Shown: positions 42,631 through 56,115 of the stretch, in pieces
Layout of the letters: the number at the start of each line of letters is the position of its first letter
Numbering within the stretch: the stretch's first letter is position 1
Assembly: GCA_951406725.2 (NCBI GenBank)
Contig: OX597816.1
Span: 76,570,001-76,634,000, forward strand
From: Octopus vulgaris
Lineage: Eukaryota
Direction: 5' to 3'
Length of the DNA: 64,000 bases
Translations under genes and position numbers: made by a program
The notes under the pieces: generated by a model
What the model was told of the DNA's origin: nothing
The model's input: only the letters and a program-made list of their open reading frames with translations
Databases searched by the model: none

Positions 42631-43810
42631 ATACATATTCACTGATAGATAAATAAATAAATAGATTTATACATCAAAACAACGGAAAGAAATTTATAAA
42701 CGAAAAATTTCTTCGCGGGTTCCACTGGTTACTATTAATCTCAGACATAAGTAAATATATAAATAAGAGGAAATCAATAAATGAATTCTTGATTCATAGG
42801 AAAACATGACTGTTACAAAATAGCAAATGTTTTCATTTCAAAGAAATACTATTAACATATATCGCAATAAACAAATTATCAAAAATTGTTAGTGATACAA
42901 ATATAATGAACTTCCAAAGTACTTATAAAAATTCACGAAATTCAGAGAAAAACTTTTGTTGAGTTAGACTAGCCGTAGTTTCCTCCGGTTCTTAAGTTAC
43001 GGATTAATATAGTCTATCCAATGAATCTTTGAGATAATCTTGATTTAAGTTAAAATGAGTGCTTGCGTTTGAATCTCCAAGGTACAATTATTAATAAAAA
43101 AAGGTTTCTTTATAACTATTTATATGATCTGTATATAATTTTAAATGGTACCTCTTGTGGTCCGATGGGGAATATTCGTTTTTGTTTCATTAAGCTCATT
43201 TTCAATGTTGTTACTGAAGAGTCAACTGATTCAATAACGATGTTATTCTTTGCAGGTTTCATACATTGACTTGAAAATTAGGTCAGTGTGTTCAAATCAG
43301 AAAAGCTACGAAACCACATCATCATACTCTTCCTTTATATCTTGTCGGATATTAACTACAATCTCATCATCGCTTAGGACATATTTTATGCCCTCATGAA
43401 CCACATGCCTGACATTCGACTCAATTGGAGTTCTCGTAAATGATATCATGTAACAATTCAGCGAATTAGTCCACCTTAGACATATTTTCCCTCTAATCAG
43501 GGATAACGTATCCCCCACAAGAGGTTTCTAGGTGTTACCTAACCGTGAACACTAAGGACTCGACCACGTCTGAAACACTGGCGAACTCCGAGTTTCTGTG
43601 GCTGGTGATTAGAGCCATGAGGGTGGCAAGCCGTCTCGTTTTCTGTGCCTGACTGAAACTTGCCATGTTGATGCTATCGATACACCGGAAAGGAAATTGA
43701 TAAAATAAGCATTTGGTGTATGCTTTGCAACATTAAATCATACTGTTTTTACTTATGGCCACTAGATTTTGTTCTCAGATGTCCAGAGTTTTCTACATAA
43801 CTTTACTAGA

Positions 43811-44307
43811 ACAACGTAAAGTATACTAGCTATCTCAATATGGCTAACCACTAGAGTTGGGTGTTACTGTAGCTTTTTAGCCCCAGGAGATCATCGTCTC
43901 CAGCTTGCTTTAGACACAATTTCTGTGCACTTATGATATTTGCAAAGGGAGGTCATCCCCTCTCGAAAATCTAAGTTATGCGCATGGACTGCAGTTTCGA
44001 GATTATTGTCTCTTGTCAACACACGCTAATCACCGTTTTTCGATTAGGGAGACCTGTTTGCGAATATCTATTTAATGTTTTTCCCAGTAACCACTGTCAC
44101 TGATTTCGAAAAACGCTCTGAAAGCAATAATAAATCTCTGAGTAAGATGTAAACAGTAAGCGCTGTGCCCTTATGACAATATCATAAGGGCACAGAAATT
44201 GTGTCTAAAGCCAGCTGGAGACGATGATCTCCTGGGGCTAAAAAGCTACAGTAACACCCACCCCTAGTGGTTAGCCATATTGAGATGGCTAGTATACTTT
44301 ACGTTGT
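43811..44307. mobile_element. Fold-back element with 130-bp inverted arms enclosing a decayed hammerhead
   Basis: Arms 43811-43940 / 44178-44307 with few mismatches; additional hairpin at 44163-44195. Confidence 0.8.
43980..44026 (-). ncRNA. Degenerate minimal hammerhead motif
   Basis: gcgtgtg-TTGACAA-GAGA-caataa-TCTC-GAAAC-TGCA-GTC-catgcgc; all stems intact, core mutated from CTGACGA. Confidence 0.55.
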
Positions 44308-44646
44308 CGAGCGCTTACTGTTTACATCTCGCTCAGAGATTTATTATTGCTTTACTAGAACATTTCGTATCCTACACCAATGTTCTTATGAAAGACTGCC
44401 TTACGATAGTTTCACTTTGTATTTCGTTATTTGCAAGTCGTTAGTTATGGTGATTAAATAACTATGCCTTTGGATATGCAAATATTTCTTCGCGTGTTCA
44501 GGTTTTATTGTGTCTGTATTGCTCTATACAAGCTATTTTGTGATTTTTCTCTGCAGATATGTGACGTATATATATTTCCCATTTTGAATATATATTATAG
44601 TGTGCATTGTATTAATGGTCATATATTTTCTCTTTTTACATGGCAG

Positions 44647-44775
44647 TAAACTCTAGCAATAGCTGTAATATCTTCAAATCCAATTTTATGTGTCAGGAAG
44701 GCCGATGTTTGCCATCATTACTTCAATGCAACACATTTATAGACTGCCTAAACGGCGAAGATGAATCCAATTGCA
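44647..44775 (+). CDS. GRL101: GRL101-like receptor, exon D (LDLa module)
   Basis: ggcag acceptor, gtaagt donor, 129 nt, phase 1-1. Encodes VNSSNSCNIFKSNFMCQEGRCLPSLLQCNTFIDCLNGEDESNC. Confidence 0.92.
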
Positions 44776-46431
44776 GTAAGTATAAATTGTCATTACAGAA
44801 TTTTATCATTTGTCATTTTCAATATTACTTGGTTGTATTATAATGTTTATCTCCTAAGAAAATACATAATTGCCGGTAATTTGTTTTCATTTGTGTCAGA
44901 ATGGTGGAATTATATGGTTGAATCATATGGTTTTAAGCGATATATTCTTACTTCCTACGTCAATATATATATATACACAATTTTTCTGGGGGTGAAATAA
45001 TTCACGAAAATATATACTAATTTATTTAGCTTTGTCTTTATTTTAGATCTTACATTAATACCTTCCAAGTATTAGGTCGCAGCAAGGTGAACTGGGTGAT
45101 CGTTACAGCATTGTATCTTAGAAACAATGCTGTGACGGGGGAGCAAATTTATTTCCGCTAACCTTTCGTCTCCCTGTAATAATTTTCCACAGAAATCTAT
45201 TAATAATCAGGTATTTATCTCATCGCCACACAATATATTGCATGGTGTTAGGGAATGGTTTGAGTAAAATATTTATAATCAAAAAGACTTTGTAAATACA
45301 CATTTCTGACGAATGAAAATCAACACCTGTTATACTTTTCTCTAAACAGTTAATCCACGCTTTAAAAATTTTGTAAGATGATCTTGGATCAGACTGGACA
45401 ATTTATCGCGAGTTTAGAAGAACCAAAATTAGAGTGGAGACTGCAAGGCAAGCCAAGTTGAATTAACTTGTATTTCGTATACACACGTTCAGATGTATGC
45501 ATGAACTCAGTCACATACAATAATATACCAATGCTATTTTGCATAGTTCCTAATTTGACCGAATACAAGACAACTTTTGCAATGTTTTTGAAAACTACTT
45601 TCACAATATTACTAGCAATAATCCCTTCTCTGACAATTTTGAATACGTTATCGAAATTTTCGAGCCGATTTGGATTCCTAATTGAAGTCCCTTCATTATA
45701 TCTATGTTTATAAAGTATAAAGAAAAAAGTAATATTTGAATTCGTATATGCCTTGATTCCATAGATGCTACTAAAATAAATAATATAAAAATAAGAAATA
45801 AGAATTTCTGAAGATAAATAGTTTCGCTTTCCAAACAAACGACTTGATTTTATACAAGTAATAATAATCTCGGCATTTTGATGTCAGTTGTTGAGTTTTC
45901 TGAATGTTTCCGTATAAGCATAAATTTAAAAGTGTTGTTTAAACGTCTATGAATAAAAGCAAACTATAAAACAAATTACTTTTCCGTGATTAAGTTGATA
46001 AATTGTTTGAAACAACGACACGTGAAAATGATTTAAATTAAGAATATTTTTCACAGAATTGATTTCTATATTCCTCCAGGCTTTCGACTGTTTAGTGTTT
46101 GTATTACTGATTATTTTTTTTACTAAAGCAATAAGTAAGCGAAGGAGCAAAACATAAACAGATGAAAAAAGGAGGGAAACGGAGAGAGTGTGAGAAAGAG
46201 AGATAATAGAGATAGATTGTTTGAATCTTGAAGTGCAAAAGCTGATAACAGAGAAAGCGAGAGATATTTGCCAGTAACACAAAGGATAAAAATGAGCGAT
46301 AAAAATACAGAATAGCTGAAAGAACATTCACTAATAGAAAAACAAAGAAATTATTAAAATATCAAGTAAAAGCAGGAAATACAAATTGAATTATGCATTA
46401 CACTCTGCTTCTTTCTTTCTGTCTCTAACTT

Positions 46432-46490
<59 letters not shown>

Positions 46491-46665
46491 TGCTATATAT
46501 ATAAATATATATATATGGCCGTCTTTTCGTTTTCTGCTTAATTCACTGTAGAAGTTTTTATAGATAATTATCTCAGTAATATTACCTCGAAATTTATAAA
46601 AATTTTGGAACGATACTTTATAAAACAGAATAAAAATAAGTCTGTACATTTTAGTTTTCAGCTCC

Positions 46666-46700
<35 letters not shown>

Positions 46701-47610
46701 GTGTGTCTGTGTGTGTGTATGTATGTATTTATATGTATATGTATGTAAGTATGTATGTATGCATATATATATATATTAGGAATGGCATAAATTTAAATTA
46801 GGTGTGAATAAAACTTGACATGATCAACAGCAAAAAATGAAAAGAAAAAAATAACATTACAGATTTTTCAATTTTTGTAATGATTTATCTAATTAAAGAA
46901 AGTAGATTTATTTTAATTAAGAAACTGATTTAGATGTGAAATTCTCCAGAAGCTCGTTGTAAATTTCATTCATCGATGCACTACAAAAGTGTGAGGTCAT
47001 CTCGATCGAATGCATTGATTTGTTACGAAAATAGACAATATCATTTTTTGGTTGAGGTAAACAACAGCAAGAAAGAATCCGAATGCTTATTAAGATCAAA
47101 GATCAGTAAGAAGTAGATTAACAATAAATCGTATAGTGAAATAACAGTCAAGAGACAAAAGCCTTATGATCGCACGGGCGACTAAGTCAACCTAAATACA
47201 AATTGTTTCTTTTCGTTCTGAAGAGAATGCCTTTATTAATCGCCGAACCTTCAAAAATAGTTGCAAATTCTCCCTCAAGTTATGTCCTACTGTCTTCAAA
47301 ACGAAAGGATATACTAGACTGTATAACTAAGTAGTATAATTTTACATATATCATATAATAGAAAAGTTAAGGTACTCGCATTTTAACGAACAATACTATA
47401 CAGATTTGCACGATTATTGTTGGCGTGGAAGCACAAACGTAGCTTCATATTTTATCAATTTGAAAGAAATGTTAGCTGATGTCAAGAAAGGGTAATTTTA
47501 AATGAGAACAACGAGACGATTAAAATTAGAGCAGGTAGTAACTTTAACTAATATTATTGCTAAGTAACGGTACCTTACTGGTTGACAGGAGATAGCAGAG
47601 TACAGCAGCC

Positions 47611-47832
47611 TATGAAGGGTTGCTGAGAAGTTACTGGCTTTAGGTAAAAGAAAATAAAGGAAGATCAGTTCATTATTAATTTATTGAACATGTTCCCCTC
47701 TCAGATTCACGCACTTATTGCAGCGATCCTTCAGTTTTTTTACTAAGCCCTGTAAACGGACTTGGAAGGTTGGGCTTCGAACCAGGCCTCTCGCGACACC
47801 CTTAAAGGTAGGAACTTTTCAACACCCCTTTA
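47611..47832. mobile_element. Tc1/mariner-type MITE
   Basis: Imperfect TIRs (TA)TGAAGGGTTGCTGAGAAGTT..GGCTTTA / TAAAGGTAGGAACTTTTCAACACCCCTT(TA), flanked by TA. Confidence 0.7.
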
Positions 47833-48090
47833 TAGTTACTCCTTGATTTGATAGAAATGACAACCTAATTTCCTTTAAATCATATTTTGTTGTTCTCAAA
47901 AGTACATGGAAGCATACATTGGAAAACTTATTATTAATTATGTAGATATGACATACTTCAAGAAGGACGGACTGATCATTGCTGGAATGCTTTTGATCAA
48001 AGGGATATTGGGGTTAACCAACAAGATAAAAAGAAACAGATGTCTTTATGAATGCACAAGTACTTGTCATATAATTTTATGTGTTTCTTC

Positions 48091-48675
48091 TACTTGTTTC
48101 AATCATTGTACTGCGGTTATACTGAGACACCGCCATGAAGAATATTTGTCGAACAAATTAACTCCAGTACTTTCTTTTTCAAAGCTTGATCCTTATTCTA
48201 TCGGTTTCTTTACCGAACACCTAACTTCTAGCTTTCCGCCAAGGATTCCGATTGATCCGATCAACTAAATAGCCTACTCGTGAAACTAACGTACAAGTGG
48301 GTGAGCACTCGACAGAAACTTGTACACTTAACGAAGTTCTCAGCGAGATTCAGTGAGACACAAAGTATGACAAGGCTGGCCCTTTGAAATACATGTGCTA
48401 CTCATTTTTGGCAGCTGAGTGGACTGGAGCGACGTGAAATAAAGTATTTTGCTCAATGACACAATGCATCGCTGAGTATTGAACACACGACCTTACGATC
48501 GTGAACCGAATGCTGTAACCACTTGGCCACACGCCTTCGCACTACTATGTTACGTGGGCGTAAACACGCCAACACTGACTGTCGAGCTTTGGAGGGGGAC
48601 AGACACAGGCAAATAGACACGCACACACACAAACACATTCACACGCATTCACACACGTATGTGTATATGTGAGTG

Positions 48676-48737
<62 letters not shown>

Positions 48738-48750
48738 TGTATGTATATAC
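48091..48750 (-). mobile_element. CORE-type SINE remnant interrupted by a nested second SINE
   Basis: Reverse-complement tail (tacttgtttc..caccgcc, ttattctatcggtttc..ccgaac) resumes at gttacgtgggcgtaaacac after the insertion. Confidence 0.65.
48225..48538 (-). mobile_element. tRNA-derived SINE of a different family (nested insertion)
   Basis: Minus-strand head GAAGGCGTGTGGCCAAGTGGTTA (A box)...GTGTTCAATAC (B box)...TGTGTCATTGAGCAAAATACTT. Confidence 0.7.
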
Positions 48751-49100
48751 CTCGCAATCACAAGTTCAATTTTCCTCAATTGATCAATAAACCAATTGAG
48801 TAAACCTACCAATAATGTAATTATAATGACTACTAGAAATAACTGTAAGCCAAATGTGTTCCAATAATGGAAAAAAAATGTAATGCCCATGATTTTAAAC
48901 TTGTTTCTTATATACTACTGTGTGTTAAAACCAGTTTATCTGAGCCGTCAACAAATTTACAATATAGAATTCGCAATATAGAATTACCTGACGTTTTTCA
49001 CTAATCTAAGTAACATTGTTAGCCTAGTGATTCAACAGAGAGTTTATGGAGTATTTTGCCCGGATTGATAATCTATAGATATATGCATACATACACACAA

Positions 49101-49183
<83 letters not shown>

Positions 49184-49359
49184 GAAGGTTGAAAAGGAAC
49201 ACATGAGTTGATATATATGGACCCACAAGAGAAAACAAGAGATACAGAGACAGGCAGAAACAAGGAAAATGTTCCTTGTATTTGAATACTATGCTAATAT
49301 TCCTTTAAAAAACTTTTCTTTTACTCTTTCGAAAATTTAAATGTTTCCCATATTTACAG

Positions 49360-49389
49360 TTGAAGGAGTCTCAATGACTGAAACCGGTA
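49360..49389 (+). ncRNA. Decayed hammerhead-like motif within a 12-bp inverted repeat (49308-49402)
   Basis: TTGAAGG-AGTC-tcaat-GACT-GAAAC-CG-GTA; core degenerate and stem I not evident. Confidence 0.35.
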
Positions 49390-49436
49390 GAGAAAAGTTT
49401 TTTATAAAATTATTTTAGCATTTTCTACTTTGGCTT

Positions 49437-49477
<41 letters not shown>

Positions 49478-49592
49478 TTATATAAATAAGGATAATATCG
49501 TTAACTTAAAAATAAAATAATGATTTTATCAAGTGGTCAGCATGTAAAAAATAACCTTCAAAGGTAATAATTATTAAAATTATTAATTAGGG

Positions 49593-49932
49593 TATCTACG
49601 AGATACCACCATGCTGAAAATAGCAGCCATGATCTGACTCTAAAACCACCTTAATTGTCCACATATCAACACGGAGAGAAAACAAAGAGACAAGATGAAA
49701 CTGATAAAAAATTACTGGATAATTCTAGATCACGGATTTCTGGATTGCATTTAGGAATGCTTTGCCTCGTCAGTAGAATACACACAGAAGAGAAACATAA
49801 ATACATATGTACTTTTTTTACTAGTTTCATCTTGCCTCTTTGTTTTCTCTCCGTGTTGATATGTGGACAATTAAGGTGGTTTTAGAGTCAGATCATGCCT
49901 GCTATTTTCAGCATGATGGTATCTTGTAGATA
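49593..49932. mobile_element. Fold-back element with 110-bp inverted arms enclosing a hammerhead motif
   Basis: Arms 49593-49702 / 49823-49932 with few mismatches; flanked by TA-rich DNA. Confidence 0.82.
49723..49778 (-). ncRNA. Type-I hammerhead-like motif
   Basis: ttcta-CTGACGA-GGcaaaGCATT-ccta-AATGCaatCCa-GAAA-TC-cgt-GA-TC-tagaa; AUC triplet, imperfect stem II. Confidence 0.55.
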
Positions 49933-49946
49933 ACCAAATTTATAAT

Positions 49947-49979
<33 letters not shown>

Positions 49980-50444
49980 GTATGGACGTAAGTATGTATA
50001 TATGTATATATATATATACATATGCATGTATATATATATATATATATATACATTCTTGAGACACAAGAGCTGCAAATAAAGCAAGTTACTTTGTCCGTGA
50101 GGTCTCAAACAACCTTAAACTATTAATCAGAGTAGGCTTCTTTCTGAGTAGTTTATATCTAGATGGACTAAACAGATTAGAGTTACGTTTCCAGGAACTG
50201 TAGACTAAGCTTACGCCTTACATACTTGGCTGATAGTAACTTTATCTCCATAACCCTCTCCCACTCTCTTTCTTTCTTTCCCTTTCTTTCTCTCCCCCCT
50301 CTCTCTCTCTCTCTGTCATGACATTTCTCTCGTACGTATTTTATCGGTAGACTGGTGAAGTCTTACATTTAAACTAATGATATGATAAAATATAAAAATA
50401 TTATGCAATTATATAACCTAATACACACACATATACATATATGC

Positions 50445-50517
<73 letters not shown>

Positions 50518-52477
50518 TATTGTTTGTGGCCACTTTCATGTGTCTGTCATCTAAGGGACAACGACTATGCCATAATATATATGGACATGCGCAGAGAGCA
50601 TGGGAGAGTCGGTGAGCTGAGAAAAGCCGAGAGTTGCGTATTATCGAGTGTAATTATAAGTATTGTGTATCTTGAGCAGAACGATTTGCGAGAATGTTAT
50701 TTATTATCTCGTTACATAGTACGTCGAACGTGCGATACAACACATACAATCACTGATAAAAGCAGTATACAGATATTTTCAAGTTACACTTAATTAATTT
50801 TGCCCTTGTAAAATTAAATTATTGCAGCTAATCTCTTAGTTTTCTTTTCTTTTCACTTTCTCATCCCATTTATTCATTTATATTTTTCTCATTTCTCTCG
50901 CTCTTTCCTGTAATATACGTACATACCTATAAACACAAACAAACACACACACACACAAACACAAACACACACACACACATATATAGTAACAGTACCGACT
51001 CAGTAACATCGTTATTCCTAGGACTGCCACATTCTCTTGACATATAATTATTACTACACATACATACATTCATACATACATATATACATACATACATACA
51101 CACACACACACGCACACACACACACATATAGTTTTAATTATATGTCTAGTTTTAATTATGAAGAGAAGTGAAAGTTTAAATCTGACTGTAGGTGGGGGTA
51201 TCGTTAAATCCCTGAGAGATAAGGAAAGAGACAGGTACCTAAGTGCCGCAGGATCGCACAGTATTGGAAAGAAAATGAAAAAAATCTTCACACACTACAA
51301 CAGAAGGATTAGGATGGTGTTCGATTCAAATCTAAGAAGAGGTTGTGTTACAAAGGTGATCAATAATTTCGATGAACCAACAAAACTAATTCTAATACTG
51401 TCTAAAAGGAAACACTCCTGTAACCGATTTAACACTTCTGCAATACTAGCGCTCACTGATTTATTATTATCTGATAATAAATAACTAAATTTCATCCAAT
51501 CCGAACCCGTCCTATCCTGAAATTAATCTAACAAATCTAAGAATACAAACTACAAAATTTATATATAACAGAAACAATATTAACACTAATTAAAATTGCT
51601 TTCTACTAACATCTCTTTTTATATATCTCACATTAAGACTACACATTGACTTTGAAATTAAAGAAACTAATCATTTAAATCATTCACTAAATTAGTTTAC
51701 GAATCTAACTCAACAAACAACACAGAAATAATGTAGCAATTTTTAAAAATCAAATATATATAAATTATCATTCAAAACGTAAATGAAAACGTTATTAATA
51801 ACAGTCTAAAAAATTGTCAATTTTTAATGTTTTCATAGTGGTATAAGTTAACTGGTTGTCTATGCCCACAATCTAGCATAAACTAACTTTACTTAAAAGA
51901 AAACAACACTTTTCTAATATACGCAATATTTAATAAAAATATATAAACACCGTTAAGTGTGATTGCAACGGCAAATTTTCGTTATTTTATCAGCTTTTAC
52001 CATCATATTAAACCCAATTTCTTGCTCTGAAGTACTGTAGGGTGAAGCAAAAAGTTGTATGATCTTCTAGAAATTATATAATCGCAAATAAGCAAAATTA
52101 AAAATCTATACATATATAAACATGTAACATAATTCTTCTAACTGAATTAATATATGGAGAAGCCTTCGTATTACAAATACATAACGAAAAGAATTAATAA
52201 ATTAATAATACCTCTGCACAAAAACATCTTCATTTATCAACTTTTCATATATTAAATTTCTAAAACAGAATAACCCCGATGAACACAATACTTAATATTA
52301 TTATGAGCACCTTCTAATCGTACAGGAAAGCCCCTCATGAATCCTGCTATATTTTTCTTACAGAACAATAGAATTATAAGCAATCAACGTCTTTGTATCA
52401 CTCTCTACCCCATAAATAACGGTAGTTTATAAACCTTTTCACAAACAAAGAATCGTTAGTATTATTATATACCTCCC

Positions 52478-52590
52478 TATTCGACTTTGCCTTTCATCCT
52501 TTCGAGGTTGATAATATAAGTACTAGTCGATATAATCGACTTACTTCCTCTCCCGAAATTGTTGGACTTGTGACAAAATTTGAAATCACT
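52478..52590 (+). mobile_element. Partial Meta-domain-like SINE
   Basis: tcgactttgcctttcatcctttcgaggttgataatataagtac; an inverted copy of 53000-53120. Confidence 0.6.
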
Positions 52591-52994
52591 ATTGTTATAT
52601 ACCTCTCTCTCAAAAAAATTAAATCTATCCAGCGAGTTCCTCCATATTCGCCTTATTTCAATAACACTCATATCAAAATCAAAGAACCAGAATTAGGAGC
52701 CACCTCACGGACTTCAGATATTCACAGGTGAAAAAAAAGTAAATTCATTTAAAAAGCGAATATTATACCAAGCAATCATGTTCTAGGAATGACAAGCAAT
52801 AAAAGTGAATGCAGCATTTGTTAAAATTGGAACATTAGTTCCAGTCTTCAAAATTCGTCACACTAACTGAAAAAAAAAAGTCCTTATTTGGTATAGCTCA
52901 TATTTTTGGAAAGTTTTTCTCTATGGCATTTTATTAAAGAAATCAAAGAACCAGTATTTTATATCCATAATTTTCATAATAACAATAATAATAG

Positions 52995-53212
52995 CCCTTC
53001 CCAATAAAGTCACAAGTCCTGAAATTTTGGGGCGGCAGGGAACTACCCAATTACATCGAAGCCAGTGTTTCACTGGCACTTGATTTATCGACCCCCAAAA
53101 GGATGAAAGGCAAAGTCGACCTCGGAGGAATTTGTTGTCAGAACGTAAAGACGGACGAAATTCTGCTCAGCATTTAGCCCGGTGCGGTAACGATTCTGCC
53201 AGTACACCGCCC
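52995..53212 (-). mobile_element. tRNA-derived SINE with Meta-domain-like GCCTTTCATCC..GGGGTCGATAAA
   Basis: Minus-strand head GGCGGTGTACTGGCAGAATCGTTA; flanked by (AAT)n. Further copies at 53505-53717, 23010-23080 and 23620-23790. Confidence 0.75.
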
Positions 53213-53504
53213 TAAATAATAATAATAACAATAATAGGCATTGAAACTGCGTCTGACAAAAACAATGCAAAGAGTTAGACATCATCTAGAAATATGCTGA
53301 ATTAATTCTACTAACATTCCTAACAGAGAAAGCTAAAGTCATTCAATTATCAATAAATAACCCTCCCCCACTATCTTATCACTTAAAATGATTAGCTATC
53401 AAAACGACAGTTCTTTCTGTCTAAGACCTTTAATTAAAGTTTGACAGCTTGAAGGAAATAATGACAAAAACTCAATTTTACAATCATGCTGTGCAATGAT
53501 GTCA

Positions 53505-53717
53505 TAATACGGGCTCCAAATTTTGGCAAAATGAGTGCAATTTTGTGGGAAGGAGCCAGTCGATAACCTCGATCACAGTGCTGAACTAGTTCTTACTTTA
53601 TCGAAAGGATGAAAGACAAAGTCGACCTCGGTGAAATTTGAACTCATAACGTAAAGAACGCGATGAAAAGCCGCTAAGCATTTTGTCCGACACGTTAACG
53701 ATCCTACTAGTTGACCA
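53505..53717 (-). mobile_element. Second copy of the Meta-domain-like SINE
   Basis: ggatgaaagacaaagtcgacctcgg..atttgaactc..aacgtaaag matches 53101-53150. Confidence 0.7.
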
Positions 53718-53899
53718 CTAGGGATTAGAGTAGTACTGATAATTATTATAGCTATAATAATGATGATAATAAGAATTAATTTGTCGATGGGGTTTCAGAT
53801 TAAGGAGTTTTTACAAAGACAGCTTGTAAAATATGGAAGGGTTACATAAAATCGCTTAAAGAGAAAAATTAGTGGATAAGAAATGAGATTAAAAGTTAT

Positions 53900-54660
53900 T
53901 CATAATATACAAATATATGAACACATTGATGATCCGATCCTCCTGATACAGAAGAACCTATACATGGTGCCATACAATGAACCCATTCTTTAATGATAGA
54001 ATTACAGCTGATCGTTCCTGCAAGCATTATTCTTTTTCTAGTTGAAGAGGGTTTGATGATTAAACTATCTATTATTTTTGAAGTCTTCGGAGAGAGTTTA
54101 GCTATTTTGGGTGAATATTCCCAATTTGATTGATCTTTATTACACTCATCTGTGGGCAAATAGTATCCGCAACACATTCAATACTGGAAATCTAGGATCG
54201 CCGATGTATAACATGTGCTTCTCACATATTTGATCGATCGTGGAGAACACCAATTCAGTAACATCCCTGTTGACTCCGGTCATAAATGTTATTTCACATA
54301 GTGGCTGGTCGATGTAAATATTGAAATTCTGCTTAAATATTGCTCTGTATTGTTTTGTTCAATCTCTTCTTGATCCATTTCTAAATGTTCGTAACTGGCT
54401 ACCGCATCTTCTAATGGCAGCAGTCCTTATTCAGTGTTACGGTAATGATTTTTGCTATGGTCGTGATTCAAGTTTTTAGTAAGTTTCTCAAGGGAAAGAT
54501 TTTTGTAGGCTCTTGATACTTTTATTTGCTGTGGATTTTCATTGATTCATTATGCTAGGAAGAGCGGTATATTTCTTCTTTATGAATGTGGTTGATGGCA
54601 TGATTGTTTCGCAATACAATGTGAGTATTTGTGATATTTTATATCACTATAGTTCTTCAT
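53900..54660 (-). mobile_element. Possible ancient CR1/L2-group LINE remnant
   Basis: Fragmentary frames (..PVL/ECVADTICPQ..KINQIGNI..LQLEKE) loosely resemble the post-RT region; many stops. Confidence 0.25.
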
Positions 54661-54721
54661 TCTGTCCATGTAATCAATCGAGGGGTTTTCTCCAGGAAAT
54701 AATTGTTTTTTACAATAAGTA

Positions 54722-55103
54722 GGCCTAGGAGTGATTGTGTGCTAAGTAGCTTGTTTAGGAACCACATGGATCCGGGTTCAGTCCCACTCCATGGCACCTT
54801 GGGCAAGTGTCTTCTACTATAGCCTCGGGCGGACCAAAGCCTTGTGAGTGGATTTGGTAGACGGAAACTGAAAGAAGCCCATCGTATATATGTATATATA
54901 TATACGTGTGTGTATATGTTTGTGTGTCTGTGGACAACAGATACTGATGTGTTTACGTCCCCGTAACTTAGTGGTTCGGCAAAAGAGACCGATAGAATAA
55001 GTACTAGACTTACAAAGAATAAGTCCTGGGGTCGATTTGCTCGACTAAAGGCGGTGCTCCAGCATGGCCACAGTCACATGACTGAAACAAGTAAAAGAGT
55101 AAG
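54722..55103 (+). mobile_element. tRNA-derived CORE-type SINE
   Basis: High similarity to 36897-37312, including the B box, CCTTGGGCAAGTG core and tail. Confidence 0.85.
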
Positions 55104-55236
55104 TATAGTTCTTGATTCAATAGGAAAGTCCACTATTACTTTCCCGTAAGAATTCTGTGAACTGTGAAACTTGGAAATTGTTACATGGTTTGCTTGGCCG
55201 CATATTGTACTTACTTTATATCTTCTATAATTTTAA

Positions 55237-55488
55237 TTGTTTCAGTCACTGGTCTGCGTCCATACAGAAACCTTGAAGGATTTTTATGGAAAAGTTCGAC
55301 TCCAATATTTATATTTATCGGTCTTGTTACCGAATCGCTAGGTTACGGGGACGTAAACAAACCAACACTTACCAAGCGCTGTGGGGTGACAAACAAAGAC
55401 CCCAAACCACACTTACATAGATTCATACATAAACACATACACAGAGACAAACTGATTAACAGACAGACTGATAGACAGGCAGACAAAG

Positions 55489-55571
<83 letters not shown>

Positions 55572-55691
55572 CAGATAGATAGAAACATAGATATGTATAC
55601 AACGAGTTTAGTGGGAGACATTTGTTCAAGCTACCACGTAGTGGGACTGAGATTGCAAAGTGGGCTCTTTTATCACTCAGCCATAACTGCG
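55237..55691 (-). mobile_element. Diverged CORE-type SINE in inverted orientation with an internal (GATA)n expansion
   Basis: ttgtttcagtca..atcggtc..ccgaatcgctaggttacggggacgtaaaca..gtagtgggactga..cagcca is the reverse complement of the SINE consensus seen at 54722. Confidence 0.7.
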
Positions 55692-56028
55692 ACTATTATA
55701 TACATACATACCTGCATATTCCATCGCACGCACACACACACACAAACCGTAAACAAACCATAGTAAATATAGAAAACAACTTTCAGGGACAATAGTGGTT
55801 TATTGAGACGGAAGGTTGTGGACTGTTTCTCGGAGTACGATAAATTGAAAAAGTTCCTTTTATATTTGACGGTGGTCAACCACGGTTACCGGGTATGCGA
55901 AGAAGAATACAAGATACAAGAGTTAAAGAATGACTATATATATATGTATATATATATATATAAAAATTTTTTGCGTAATATGATAAAAGACCAAGGCCGT
56001 ATAGATATTAGAGCATTTATAGATAGAA

Positions 56029-56076
56029 GGTCTTACAGCTGTTTCTAGGATATCAATTAATAATATCCCTTCATCG

Positions 56077-56077
<1 letters not shown>
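56029..56077 (-). ncRNA. Hammerhead-like motif, U4C variant, stem I truncated by (TA)n
   Basis: CCGATGA-aGGGATAT..ATATCCTa-GAAAC-AGCT-GTA-agacc; palindromic stem III ACAGCTGT. Confidence 0.5.

Positions 56078-56115
<38 letters not shown>

Noticed and set aside
45389-45838. 149-aa minus-strand ORF
   Set aside because: No ATG start, no recognisable motif; plausible by chance or as a decayed TE
50545-50716. Possible solo LTR (TGT...ACA)
   Set aside because: No convincing TSD, polyA signal or second copy in the window
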